From Oligoflexia bacterium (GTDB lineage: Bacteria > Bdellovibrionota > UBA1018): 64,000 bases of DNA. The DNA lies in NCBI GenBank assembly GCA_014376785.1, contig JACMQW010000037.1, positions 1,944 through 65,943 of the forward strand, in the 5' to 3' direction. The stretch's first letter is position 1. Each line of letters opens with the position of its first letter. The translations under genes were made by a program, and so were the position numbers. Positions 9,301 through 19,153 of this stretch are shown here, one piece after another. A model generated the notes under the pieces. The model saw only the letters and a program-made list of their open reading frames with translations, searched no databases and had not been told where the DNA came from.

Positions 9301-10698
9301 ATGTCGAAAAAAGGCAGGGTGCTCGCCACGGTAGCGTGCGGCACCTTCATGGCAACGCTTGATTCAAGCATCGTGAATATCGCATTGCCGACGCTGACGA
9401 AGGTTCTGCATACGGACCTGCGTTCCATTAAATGGGTGATCGTCGTTTACTTGCTGACGATCACTTGCACGCTTCTACCGTTCGGCCGTTTCTCGGATCT
9501 CTATGGCCGAAAACGCGTGTTTCAGTGGGGCTTCATCGTTTTCACTATTGGGTCTCTCCTTTGCGGTTTCTCAACTACTTTACAGCACCTGATTCTCGCG
9601 AGAATTTTCCAGGGCCTCGGCGCCTCGATGTTAATGTCGAACGGGCCTGCCATCGTTACCCAAACTTTCGCTCATGGAAGTCGCGGCAAGGCGCTGGGGA
9701 TTTTATCGATGGTCGTCAGTACGGGGCTTGTGTCGGGTCCCAGCGTCGGCGGAGCTTTAATCGGAAGCCTAGGCTGGCGATCGATCTTTCTCGTGAATAT
9801 TCCGATCGGGCTCTTGGGATTCGTTTTTGCGGGGCGAAATCTCGACCCAATGGAAAGCAAAAAGCAGCATGGTCCATTTGACTGGGGCGGGGCATTTCTT
9901 CAAATGCTGGTCCTTTTGCTTTTTATCCTATTCGTCGATCCCCCGAATTTTACGATCGCCGATAGCAAACCGATCTTCCTACCTCGGTGGCTCCTCGGAA
10001 TTGCACTCGCGGGAACCTCATGGATTTTCTACACGATCCAAAAACAGGTCCCCGAACCGATCCTGGATTTTTCACTTTTTAAGATCAGAACTTTTTGGGC
10101 TGCGAATCTGGCGAATTTTCTGAATTTCGTTTCCTACTCGTCGCTTCTGGTCCTGATGCCCTTTTACCTAGAAGAAGTGCTTTCTTTCGATCCGGAACAT
10201 GCCGGATTTTTAATGAGTGCCATTCCCCTCACGGTTTTCGTCATTGCGCCGATTTCTGGCCATCTTTCCGATCGGATCGGGACTCGGTACCTCTGTGCGC
10301 TCGGGGCACTGATCGCCGCGACGACTTTACTCTTCATGTCCGGTACTCCGGGGCACGGGCTTAGCGAAACGACGACTCAAACTCGAGTCGTGATTGCATT
10401 ACTCGCCATCGGGCTTTCATCAGGGCTTTTCCAATCACCGAATAATGTCGCTCTCATGAGCTCGATTCCGGCAGATAAGCTCGGGCTCGCTTCCGCACTC
10501 ATGGCCACGATTCGAAATCTCGGCTTAGTGACCGGCACCGGCCTAGCGGCAAAACTTTTTTCATGGCGCCACACAGAGACGGGAGATTTCGTGAAATCGT
10601 TTCACTTCTCGCTCATGGTTGCGGGACTCTTTTCCTTAGGTGCGATGATGGCGAGCCTTGCGAAGCGGGATGAAATCGCTCCGATTGGGGAGGCTTAA
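9301..10698 (+). CDS. MFS transporter (DHA2-like, ~14 TMS)
   Basis: 465 aa, highly hydrophobic. MFS motif A-like GRFSDLYGRKRV, and a length and TM count typical of the DHA2 drug:H+ antiporter family. Confidence 0.8.
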   Translation: MSKKGRVLATVACGTFMATLDSSIVNIALPTLTKVLHTDLRSIKWVIVVYLLTITCTLLPFGRFSDLYGRKRVFQWGFIVFTIGSLLCGFSTTLQHLILARIFQGLGASMLMSNGPAIVTQTFAHGSRGKALGILSMVVSTGLVSGPSVGGALIGSLGWRSIFLVNIPIGLLGFVFAGRNLDPMESKKQHGPFDWGGAFLQMLVLLLFILFVDPPNFTIADSKPIFLPRWLLGIALAGTSWIFYTIQKQVPEPILDFSLFKIRTFWAANLANFLNFVSYSSLLVLMPFYLEEVLSFDPEHAGFLMSAIPLTVFVIAPISGHLSDRIGTRYLCALGALIAATTLLFMSGTPGHGLSETTTQTRVVIALLAIGLSSGLFQSPNNVALMSSIPADKLGLASALMATIRNLGLVTGTGLAAKLFSWRHTETGDFVKSFHFSLMVAGLFSLGAMMASLAKRDEIAPIGEA

Positions 10699-11753
10699 AT
10701 TTTCCGATCGAGGTTCGCTTTGGCGTTCTGAATGTTTCGCTGCATGTCTGAGTACTTGATTCGACTGAGGGCCGAGGGTTTTGAGCGTTCTCGGTATGTG
10801 GTTTCATCCTCCGCCGAAAGAACATTCCAGTCAGAAACCAATGCCGAATCGCGTGCAGCCGCCGGCCAGGTCTCCGGGAGTTTAATGGGTTTGGAATTGT
10901 AGGGGCAGACCTCCTGACAAACATCGCATCCCGCGATCCAAGTTCCCATGAGTGGCGAGAGGGATTCCGTTTCGGGCGACCAAGGCCCGCGTTTCTCTAG
11001 TGTGAGGTACGAGATGCATTTACGTGAATCGAGTAGGCCTGGTCCGGCGAACGCAGCAGTGGGACAAGCAGTGAGGCAGCGAGTGCAGTTTCCGCAGTAA
11101 TTCGGAAGAAGTACTGGGGCCCGTCCGGTCGATTGGTCGAGCAAAACGACCGCCAGAAAAAGGTAGCTCCCAAGCTGAGGATGGATGAGCAGCGTGTTCT
11201 TACCGATCCATCCAATTCCGGTAATCGCCGCCCAAGATTTCTCGAGCACTGCGCTTGTGTCCACGCAAATTTTCCAATGCGGAAGGGCCGCCGCTTCTAA
11301 AGTGGGAGCCGATTTTTTGCAGGTTGATGCGAAATTCTCCGCTTTCCATTTTTCCAATGCAGTCTTCAGCAGTTCCGGAAGGTGAGTGTGATAGTCCGGT
11401 CCCTCTAAATAGCGCGCGTACTGAGGCTCGGTGTTTAAACCGGAAAGTGACTTTGAATCCGGATCCGAGTCGCGATTCCGGCGATAAGGAATCGCTGCGA
11501 CCAAAACAGATTTCGCAGTGGGAAAAACCAACCGAGGGTTTCCCCGGCGCTCGGCACCTCGGACCAGGTAGCCCATATCACCTTGATATCCCGCCGCGAT
11601 CCATTCCGCATAGTAAGCAGAATGCTCGGCGAAAACTGCTTCCGCGAGGTCGAGATCCACCACCCCTACCAAAGGAAAACCTACCGCGCGAATCTCCGCT
11701 AAAAGAGCTTCAATTTCAGACGCAGAAAGATCAGGCTTCTTCTCGGTAGGCAC
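10695..11753 (-). CDS. queG: tRNA epoxyqueuosine(34) reductase
   Basis: 352 aa. Two ferredoxin-type clusters, CGNCTRCLTACPT and CDVCQEVCPYN, plus N-terminal similarity to QueG (GDMGYL). GTG start with GAGGG ~9 nt upstream, lying 23 nt inside the upstream rhodanese gene. Confidence 0.85.
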   Translation of the reverse strand: MPTEKKPDLSASEIEALLAEIRAVGFPLVGVVDLDLAEAVFAEHSAYYAEWIAAGYQGDMGYLVRGAERRGNPRLVFPTAKSVLVAAIPYRRNRDSDPDSKSLSGLNTEPQYARYLEGPDYHTHLPELLKTALEKWKAENFASTCKKSAPTLEAAALPHWKICVDTSAVLEKSWAAITGIGWIGKNTLLIHPQLGSYLFLAVVLLDQSTGRAPVLLPNYCGNCTRCLTACPTAAFAGPGLLDSRKCISYLTLEKRGPWSPETESLSPLMGTWIAGCDVCQEVCPYNSKPIKLPETWPAAARDSALVSDWNVLSAEDETTYRERSKPSALSRIKYSDMQRNIQNAKANLDRKI

Positions 11754-12045
11754 TGAGACCGCCCTCTAGCGACCGAAGCTTTTCATACCCGAGTGACCGA
11801 AGGCCCATGAGGGCGTGCATGGAACGCACTCCGTGAGCACAGTAGATTACGATTTCCGCATCCGGATCGAGTTCACGGTTCGCGCGCGACATCAAGTCCC
11901 CCAGCGGAATCAGCTTACATCCCGGCAGGTGATCTTCTTCGAATTCTTCGGGTTCGCGAACATCAAGCAGGGTGATTTTATCGCCGCGTTCAGCAAGCAA
12001 TTCGCGCAGGGATTTCGAATTAATCATAAAATTTTCGTCATTCAT
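11731..12045 (-). CDS. Rhodanese-like sulfurtransferase domain protein
   Basis: 104 aa, single rhodanese domain with active-site loop CAHGVRS. ATGA overlap with the rimO stop. Confidence 0.8.
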   Translation of the reverse strand: MNDENFMINSKSLRELLAERGDKITLLDVREPEEFEEDHLPGCKLIPLGDLMSRANRELDPDAEIVIYCAHGVRSMHALMGLRSLGYEKLRSLEGGLSAYREEA

Positions 12046-13565
12046 TGTGCAGCCGCCGCACGAGCGTCCGGTCGCTCCATTGGGATTGTCGTTCTTAATC
12101 CAGCTTCGGTAGCCACTTGGATCGTCATACCACGAGAAAGGATGCGAAGTGCCTTTCCCACGAGATCGTGGGGCATCGCTTCGACGATTTCGACTTCGAT
12201 GAAGTCACCTGGGCGGAGATCTTCTGCTTCGAAACCGAGGTAACTCACATCATTTACCAAAACGCGGCCATCGATTTCGGCGGCTTGGGTCGGCATCCGG
12301 CCCTGAAGCAGAAGCTCCGTCTCTTCGCTCGAGCCTTCGAGGAGGATCGAGACTTTCTTGCCGACGTATTTTTCATTCCGAGCAAGCGACTGCTTTTGTA
12401 AAATTTCGGTGAGAATCTTAGCGCGACGTCTTTTTGTCGAAGCATGAATTTGGCCATCCATCGTACCGGCCTTTGTTCCTTCTTCTTTTGAGAAGCGGAA
12501 CACTCCCACGTAATCGAGCTGGAGGCGTTCCATATCGTTTGCGAGCTCTTGAAACTCTTCTTCCGTTTCGCCTGGAAATGCCACGATGACGGAGGAGCGG
12601 AAAACCATTTCTGGAATTTTCGCGCGGAGTTTGTCGATCAGGGCGAAGAGTTTCTCCTTCGTCAACCGACGGTTCATCGATCGCAGCACTCGGTCGTTCG
12701 TGTGCTGGATCGGCATATCAAGGTATTTAACGATTTTCGGTTCCCGTGCGATCACGTCGATCAGTTCGTCAGAAAATTCGTCCGGATAAACATAATGAAG
12801 TCGGATCCACTCGATGCCTTCGATCTTGCAGAGCTCCGGAAGAAGCATTTCAAGCTTCTCCTCGTACTTGCCATCGATTCCGTAGTGAGTGAGATCCTGG
12901 GCGACCAAGTTGAGTTCGCGGACGCCGCGTTCTGCTAAGCCACGCGCTTCTTCGACGAGCGACGCGATTCCGCGCGACCGCACGTTTCCACGCAGAGTCG
13001 GGATGATGCAGAAAGCACAACGTCGATTACATCCTTCGGACAATTTCAGAAAAGCCGAGTAGATCGGGCCGGTGTGCACGCGGTGGTGCTTCTCGGTATG
13101 AATGAAAGCAGGTTGGTCGATGTAAGATCTTTTCGGCAAAGGGGCACCAAGTTCGACTGCCTTCCCGTGCGCGTCCAAGAGTTCGGTGATGCGGTGGTAC
13201 TGACCCGTGCCGATGAACATGTCGACTTCCGGCATCTCCGCTTCTAACTGCTTATGATAGCGCTGTGGTAAGCAGCCCGAAGCCACTAGTACTTTGCACT
13301 TCGCAGATTCTTTATAATCTGACATTTCTAGAATCGTCTCAATGGATTCTTCTTTTGAAGCCTCAATGAACGAACAAGTGTTCACGATGATCACTTCGGC
13401 GTCTTCCGGATTCTGGGTGATCGAGTAGCGATCTTTCGTGAGCATGCCGAGCATCACTTGGGAGTCGACTAAATTTTTCGGGCATCCGAGCGAAACGAAA
13501 TAAACCGGCGATTTCGGCGCAGCTGCGGAGGCGAGGCTGGAGGACGTGGCGACTTCTAAACTCAT
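12042..13565 (-). CDS. rimO: Ribosomal protein S12 methylthiotransferase RimO (radical SAM MTTase)
   Basis: N-terminal LGCPKNLVDSQ...VNTCSFI (UPF0004 domain), radical-SAM CNRRCAFC and a C-terminal TRAM-like segment. The track ORF start (13658) overlaps yajQ, so I trimmed to the internal ATG at 13565 (Met32). Confidence 0.8.
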   Translation of the reverse strand: MSLEVATSSSLASAAAPKSPVYFVSLGCPKNLVDSQVMLGMLTKDRYSITQNPEDAEVIIVNTCSFIEASKEESIETILEMSDYKESAKCKVLVASGCLPQRYHKQLEAEMPEVDMFIGTGQYHRITELLDAHGKAVELGAPLPKRSYIDQPAFIHTEKHHRVHTGPIYSAFLKLSEGCNRRCAFCIIPTLRGNVRSRGIASLVEEARGLAERGVRELNLVAQDLTHYGIDGKYEEKLEMLLPELCKIEGIEWIRLHYVYPDEFSDELIDVIAREPKIVKYLDMPIQHTNDRVLRSMNRRLTKEKLFALIDKLRAKIPEMVFRSSVIVAFPGETEEEFQELANDMERLQLDYVGVFRFSKEEGTKAGTMDGQIHASTKRRRAKILTEILQKQSLARNEKYVGKKVSILLEGSSEETELLLQGRMPTQAAEIDGRVLVNDVSYLGFEAEDLRPGDFIEVEIVEAMPHDLVGKALRILSRGMTIQVATEAGLRTTIPMERPDARAAAAQ

Positions 13566-13572
13566 TGGGTTC

Positions 13573-14070
13573 TCAATCTCGGAAGTTTCCGAATTCCATA
13601 GGGACTTGTAATTTATCGGCTTGGCCGCGGAGGTGAGAAATAGCGGCTTGGAGGTCATCGCGATTTTTACCCGTTACGCGCACCTGCTCGTCTTGAATCT
13701 GCGCCTGCACTTTGAGTTTCGAATCTTTAATCGAAGCGACGATGTCTTTGCCTTTTTCCTTTGAAATTCCCGCGGTCAGAACAACGAGTTGGCGGACGCT
13801 GCCACCGAAAGCCGGTTCTTTATCTTTGTATTCGAATGCCATGAGCGAGATGCCGCGCTTGATGAGCTTGGATTTCAGGATGTCTTTCATCGCATCGAGT
13901 TTGTCTTCTTCACTGACCCACAAGGTGAGCGTCTTTGCTTTCGGATCGACTTTCATTTCAGTTTTCACGCCCTTGAAGTCATAGCGTGCGAGGAGTTCTT
14001 TCGACGCCTGGTTCACGGCGTTGTCGAGTTCCTGCCAGTTCATTTCAGAAGACACATCGAAAGAAGGCAT
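13573..14070 (-). CDS. yajQ: YajQ family (UPF0234) nucleotide / cyclic-di-GMP-binding protein
   Basis: 165 aa. [34 protein letters not shown] is the canonical YajQ N-terminus. Confidence 0.85.
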   Translation of the reverse strand: MPSFDVSSEMNWQELDNAVNQASKELLARYDFKGVKTEMKVDPKAKTLTLWVSEEDKLDAMKDILKSKLIKRGISLMAFEYKDKEPAFGGSVRQLVVLTAGISKEKGKDIVASIKDSKLKVQAQIQDEQVRVTGKNRDDLQAAISHLRGQADKLQVPMEFGNFRD

Positions 14071-14255
14071 ACGGTGCGGGCATCCTTTTCAAAAAGCCGA
14101 TCGCGGCTAAAATGGGTTTGACCCGATGTGTATAAATGAGAAAGGGGGTATCGGGCAAGGGAATCCTACTTCTAACCCCTTGCTTGGCGCTTAAATCGGC
14201 GGAGGGTATTTAAAACGACCTTTGGCGCATCGATTCCACTCCTAAGTCCTCGGAT

Positions 14256-15131
14256 TTACGGCTTTTGTAGGGAATAAACGGTCGAGCCGCCCCGGTCGTC
14301 GCGCGCGATCAGCAGATAACTCGTTACTGCAGGCAGTGGATTCGCCGGAGTGTGTTTATTCTCCGTGCCCGGGTCAGTGCGGGAGACGCGCATTTCTCCG
14401 GATGTCACGAGCCAGCTCACCGTCAGTGATTCAGTAGCCGGGCTGAAGCTTCCGTCAGCATTTGCGACCGAGTAGGATTCAGTGCTTCCGCTACTGAGCT
14501 GCTCGCGGAGGGAGACGGGGGCCGCGGTGAGAGAGACGGAAGAAGCGTCAGCGCCGTTCATGAGCAACGCTGGGGAAGCAAAAGTGGGGTTATTATTCTT
14601 CGTGGGTTTGCTGGAAACAATCACTCGCTTAAAAGTGGTGAGGGTCTCGGTGGGAGATGCCGTCAGAGTGAGAACGACGAGGTAACCGACTCCGTTGAAT
14701 TGGTCGACGGCCGAGCGCGACGATCCAGAACGAGGGTCGAGGTACACGACCGCAGCCGAGGGTAGAGTGAAAGCAGGAGCGGCGAGCACTCCGTAATGGT
14801 TCGTCGCCGCACTTCCAGGCACAAACGTTCCGGTAACCGCCGCGGTCACGGTTGGGTTTCCTGCGCAGGAAGGATAAGCGCCGAGACTCACGCCGGGGTC
14901 CACGCACCTGACCATCGAATAAAAAAGGGAGCGCCCCCGCCCTAATGGATCGATCAGGTGAAAGGAAAGATTCACGGAATCTCCCGGAGAAAACTCTGCA
15001 GCAGAAGTTGCAGTCGTTGCCGCGACGACACGCAAGCGATCGAGTAGAAAATAATCAGGGAGGTCATCGCTGCCACAACCTGAGAAAAACAGGAGCGCGG
15101 AACTTAAGACCGAAAATAAATAGACTCGCAC
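14256..15131 (-). CDS. Hypothetical lipoprotein encoded immediately downstream of the TonB-dependent receptor
   Basis: 291 aa. Signal peptide plus lipobox FFSGC, Ser/Thr/Ala-rich with a beta-rich look. The start abuts the receptor stop (15131/15132). Confidence 0.6.
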   Translation of the reverse strand: MRVYLFSVLSSALLFFSGCGSDDLPDYFLLDRLRVVAATTATSAAEFSPGDSVNLSFHLIDPLGRGRSLFYSMVRCVDPGVSLGAYPSCAGNPTVTAAVTGTFVPGSAATNHYGVLAAPAFTLPSAAVVYLDPRSGSSRSAVDQFNGVGYLVVLTLTASPTETLTTFKRVIVSSKPTKNNNPTFASPALLMNGADASSVSLTAAPVSLREQLSSGSTESYSVANADGSFSPATESLTVSWLVTSGEMRVSRTDPGTENKHTPANPLPAVTSYLLIARDDRGGSTVYSLQKP

Positions 15132-17417
15132 TCAAAACTCTCCTTTAAGTCCGATAGACGGGATAATGGGCAACCCTTTAACGTCCGCTCTTTTGGAGTA
15201 GTCGTAAGCGTAGCTCACGCTTTCGACGTTTGCGTGATTAGTGATGTTTTGAACATCCACGTAGGCGGTGATGATTATCTTTTCGTAAATCCATTTTTTG
15301 TCGGCACGAATGTCGAGTTGATAAAATGAGTTGATCCGGTCGCTGTAAAAAGGTCCTCGGACGGGGATGTAGGCGTCGTTATCGGAATCAAATACTGAAC
15401 CCGTGACCGGAGTCAGGGGATTTCCCGTCACGAGTCGAAAGCGTCCGGCCACGCGCCAGTTCCTCGGGAGATCGCGACCCACGATGAGATTGATATTATG
15501 AGTTTGGTCGTAAGGAGAGGCAAACCAAGCCTGGCCCGGCTCTCGCCGCGTGCTGCGAGAGAGGGTGTAGGAAAGCCAACCGTTCCAGGGATTCGCGTCG
15601 AATCGGAGGAGCGCCTCTAATCCGACAGACCTGCCGCGGCCTTCATTGTTATAGTTCTCAGGCGATGCGACTCCATTCTTATCGATGAGCGCGGTGGATG
15701 GAATAATCAGTCGATCGAAGAGTCGCGCGAAGGGGCCTCCTTGGAATGTCCATCCATTCGACGCGCCTTCGCGAAAGTCTCGCTCGTAGGTGAGGGCGAG
15801 GTGAACCGACCGAGGCGCCTTTAAATCAGGATTACCAATTTCGGAATTTGACTCTTGTTCGCGGGGGGGCTGGTAATAAAGGCCGGTTGCTAATCTGAGC
15901 GAACTAAACGAAGAGAGTTCGCGTTTGATCGCGAATCGAGGCGCAACTGCCCCTTCGTTCACGGCCGTGAAGTAATCAAACCGAATTCCAGGTTTGATGG
16001 ACCAAAGGGGAGAAATTTTTACGTCATTATTCCAGTAGGCGCCGAGTTTATGATAGCTGCCAGCCGCGTTTACTCGAAGTTGCTTTGCGGTAGCCGTGGG
16101 ATTTGAGACCCCGCCTGAATTATAAAAATCGGGGAGAACGAGTGAGACCGTAGCCCAGCTGAAGTTATTATCGATTCCGAAATAGCTCGAGAATGCCTCA
16201 CTCCATTTCTGCTCGACTTCGATTCGGTTCGTAATCGAGTAGCTTGCGAGGCGAAAAAATTGATCATCGAGAACAAATTTAATCCAGTCGCGTCCGAGTC
16301 CGAGCGAAAACCGAGACGTCGTTCGGTCGCTATGACGGTGGGTCCACTGGGGAATGAATCGAATGAACGAAGTTTGACTTTGAAAATTTCCGCGCAGGTT
16401 TGGGTCATTCTCGGGTGGCTTTTTCAAAACGAAATCGAAACTGTCCTGAGACGCGACCGCGTCGAATCGAAAGTCATCTTTCGGAGAAAGCGGCTGATCG
16501 TAGACCAGCGTGAAATCTTGAAAGGTAGGAGCCGCGGTGAGGGAAAAGTCACTATCCTCTTTCTCTTTCGCAACCGCTTTTAAGACGTTCCCGATGTAAC
16601 TCCTTCGAACCCCGACCATGAGCGAGCCGCTTTCGCCAATGGGTGTTTCGATGGCCGCTCCTGCATTGATCACATCGGCGTAAACGAAGCCTTTGAATCG
16701 CTGTCGTTCAGGCTTTTTCGTCCAAGCTCCGACGAGACCGCCCATCGCGCGACCGTATTCGACGCCGTATCCCGCAGAGAGGTAATCGACTCGGTCCAGA
16801 GATTCCGGAAGAATCACGGACGAAAATCCCCCGAAGTGGAAAATGATGGGAACTTCGTGTCCGTCGATCGTGTAACGCGTGTCTTGGGGGGCGGCTCCTT
16901 GAATGATGACTTGGGAACTAAAGCCTGCGGCGCGCGAAACTCCGGGAAGGTTTTGGACGGCTTTAATCGGGTCGTTGTTTGCGCCAGGAAGTTTCATGGC
17001 GACGGAGGCTTTGATTGAACGGGTCGAATCGTCGCGCTTATTTTCTTTCCCGTAAATTGTGGTTTCGTAGATTTGGTAGGAAACTCGAGGGAGGTAAAGA
17101 GTGCGGAGTCTCGCTGGCGCTCCGAATTCTTGGAAGTCTTCTTCTTCGAGTCGCTCATAGCCTGAGACGTTCACGACGATTCGGAATGAGCCTTCGGGAA
17201 CGCCCTCGATCCGGAAGTGGCCTTCGGCGTCGGATATTCCTTTGTTTGTCGATGGAAGAATGTAGACGTTTTGGTCGGCAAGCGGCTTTTTCGTCCCCTT
17301 TTCCAGCAAAGTGCCTTCGATGGTCACGAGTGGATGGGTCGAAGATTCCGAAGCCACCGGTTCAGCCGCGAAAACAGGGAATGAGCTGAAGAAATAAAGA
17401 GAAAGAAAGAAAAACAT
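15132..17417 (-). CDS. TonB-dependent receptor with N-terminal carboxypeptidase-regulatory-like domain
   Basis: 761 aa. Signal peptide, a CarboxypepD_reg-like segment (GHFRIEGVPEGSFRIVVNVSGYE), a plug region, a long beta-barrel and a terminal aromatic residue (...LKGEF). Confidence 0.8.
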   Translation of the reverse strand: MFFFLSLYFFSSFPVFAAEPVASESSTHPLVTIEGTLLEKGTKKPLADQNVYILPSTNKGISDAEGHFRIEGVPEGSFRIVVNVSGYERLEEEDFQEFGAPARLRTLYLPRVSYQIYETTIYGKENKRDDSTRSIKASVAMKLPGANNDPIKAVQNLPGVSRAAGFSSQVIIQGAAPQDTRYTIDGHEVPIIFHFGGFSSVILPESLDRVDYLSAGYGVEYGRAMGGLVGAWTKKPERQRFKGFVYADVINAGAAIETPIGESGSLMVGVRRSYIGNVLKAVAKEKEDSDFSLTAAPTFQDFTLVYDQPLSPKDDFRFDAVASQDSFDFVLKKPPENDPNLRGNFQSQTSFIRFIPQWTHRHSDRTTSRFSLGLGRDWIKFVLDDQFFRLASYSITNRIEVEQKWSEAFSSYFGIDNNFSWATVSLVLPDFYNSGGVSNPTATAKQLRVNAAGSYHKLGAYWNNDVKISPLWSIKPGIRFDYFTAVNEGAVAPRFAIKRELSSFSSLRLATGLYYQPPREQESNSEIGNPDLKAPRSVHLALTYERDFREGASNGWTFQGGPFARLFDRLIIPSTALIDKNGVASPENYNNEGRGRSVGLEALLRFDANPWNGWLSYTLSRSTRREPGQAWFASPYDQTHNINLIVGRDLPRNWRVAGRFRLVTGNPLTPVTGSVFDSDNDAYIPVRGPFYSDRINSFYQLDIRADKKWIYEKIIITAYVDVQNITNHANVESVSYAYDYSKRADVKGLPIIPSIGLKGEF

Positions 17418-18070
17418 CAGCGCTCCAATACGAACTGATAGGCATAGCGGATTTTCACCGCGACGGGTTTATCTTGGACCGTGGCGGGCTTGAATTTGAA
17501 ATTTCGAATGGCCTGTATTGCCGCCTCGTTTAATCCGAAGCCTGGCCCTTCAACGAGGGATGCGGTTCGCACCCGACCGGTTCCGTCGATGAGGAGGTCC
17601 ATCACGACTCGTCCTTGAACGCCGGCTTTCCTCGCTTCCGGTGGATAGGGAACTCGAAACTCATTCTCGAGAACCGGCATAGCAGACACGAGGTATTCTT
17701 CGACGGGTATCGGAATCTGGTCGGCATCATCGGCCGCAAGTTTTATGGTGTCGGGAGTTTTCGCAACAGTGTTTCCTAATTTTACCTTTGCGGAAGTCGG
17801 GTCGGTGCTCGGGTCTAGGATGGCGTTGCGAGAGATGCCGAACACGGCTTTTTTCTCGGGTGCGCGGACTTTCGGGGGAATCGGTTTAGAAAGTTGGATG
17901 GCAGCTTGGGCCGCAACTTTCGGCTGCTCATACACTTCGAAATCGATCGTGTCTTTTTCCGGCCGAGTAATCAGGCCCATTCCGATTAATCCTGCGAACA
18001 CGAGGTGTACGGTCAGGGAAATTTTCCACGAACGCGCATCTTGCACGCCATAGGACTCAGCCCAGTTCAC
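17417..18070 (-). CDS. Energy transducer TonB
   Basis: 217 aa. N-terminal TM, a Pro-rich spacer (PIPPKVRAPEKK) and a C-terminal TonB domain (YPPEARKAGVQGRVVMDLLIDGTGRV...FKPA). Confidence 0.75.
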   Translation of the reverse strand: MNWAESYGVQDARSWKISLTVHLVFAGLIGMGLITRPEKDTIDFEVYEQPKVAAQAAIQLSKPIPPKVRAPEKKAVFGISRNAILDPSTDPTSAKVKLGNTVAKTPDTIKLAADDADQIPIPVEEYLVSAMPVLENEFRVPYPPEARKAGVQGRVVMDLLIDGTGRVRTASLVEGPGFGLNEAAIQAIRNFKFKPATVQDKPVAVKIRYAYQFVLER

Positions 18071-18486
18071 GGCTTTTCTTTCTCAATCTGCAGGGCAAAA
18101 CGATTCATGCCCGAACGTTTAATGAGATCGATTGCGCGGACCACGTCGGCATGACGGGATTCTCCGTCAGCGGCGATGATGGCCTGCGCGTCCGGATTTT
18201 TTGAGAGCGCAAGTTTCACCGCGTCTCTCACGTTTTCCTCGGTCGCCATTACTCCATTCAGCAGAATCTGCCCCTGACGGGTAACGGCGATGCCGAGCGT
18301 TTCTACGGCAGAGCCATCCGCACTCGCCGCTTTAGGTAATTTCAGCCCGATGGTGTCTTTCACCAATGCGGGAGCGGTGACGATAAAAATGACGAGTAAT
18401 ACCAGGACTACATCGACGAACGGGGTAATGTTAATGTCTGAAATCAGGGAATCCTCATCGCTGGCGGACGGAAGATTTGCCGCCAT
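18067..18486 (-). CDS. exbD: Biopolymer transporter ExbD/TolR
   Basis: 139 aa. INITPFVDVVLVLLVIFIV TM signature and a periplasmic domain. 4-nt overlap with tonB. Confidence 0.8.
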   Translation of the reverse strand: MAANLPSASDEDSLISDINITPFVDVVLVLLVIFIVTAPALVKDTIGLKLPKAASADGSAVETLGIAVTRQGQILLNGVMATEENVRDAVKLALSKNPDAQAIIAADGESRHADVVRAIDLIKRSGMNRFALQIEKEKP

Positions 18487-19106
18487 TAGCGGGAATCCTT
18501 AAAAACAAAACGGGAAAGGTAGAGATCGCGAAGGGATTCGCTTTCGTTGACGGCGGCTCTGATTTTTTGAGTGTAAACATTGTACCCGATCGTAGCCGGG
18601 ATAGCGACGAACAGCCCCGCTGCGGTTGCGGTGAGGGCCTCGGCGAGCGAAGCGATGACCTGGTTCATTGCGCCGTTGGAAGTGGCGAGTGCAGCAAATG
18701 ATTGGATAATTCCGAGTACCGTTCCGAAGAGGCCGATGAAAGGGGCATTCGAGCCGAGGGTCGCCAGCACAGGTAAACCCCGAGATAAATCTGAACGGCG
18801 ATCGGCTAGATAAGCCTTCTGCGCGTAGGCAATGGCGTCGGCTGACTGGGGAGCCTGCAGAACTTCACGTATGGAGCTCGCTTGCAGCGAATCGTTTCCT
18901 TCCGCCCATTTGAGAATTCCGGGCCGATCACCAGCGCGGAGCAACTCTTTTGCACGCTGAGCGTCCGGCTTACCCATCACATTTGCGAACCTGCGGCGGC
19001 GATCGATGAGAATCGAAATGGACCAAATAGAAAGTCCTGCCAGCAGAATCAAAACGGCTTTCGTAGCCCAACCGATCAACGTGATCCAAAGCGAAGGTGT
19101 TGCCAT
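18486..19106 (-). CDS. exbB: MotA/TolQ/ExbB proton-channel protein
   Basis: 206 aa. LATLGSNAPFIGLFGTVLGII and a conserved TM3 region. Confidence 0.8.
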   Translation of the reverse strand: MATPSLWITLIGWATKAVLILLAGLSIWSISILIDRRRRFANVMGKPDAQRAKELLRAGDRPGILKWAEGNDSLQASSIREVLQAPQSADAIAYAQKAYLADRRSDLSRGLPVLATLGSNAPFIGLFGTVLGIIQSFAALATSNGAMNQVIASLAEALTATAAGLFVAIPATIGYNVYTQKIRAAVNESESLRDLYLSRFVFKDSR

Positions 19107-19153
19107 GGATTAGAGCTACTGGAGAAAATCCGAAACTGCTAATAAATAGGGAT

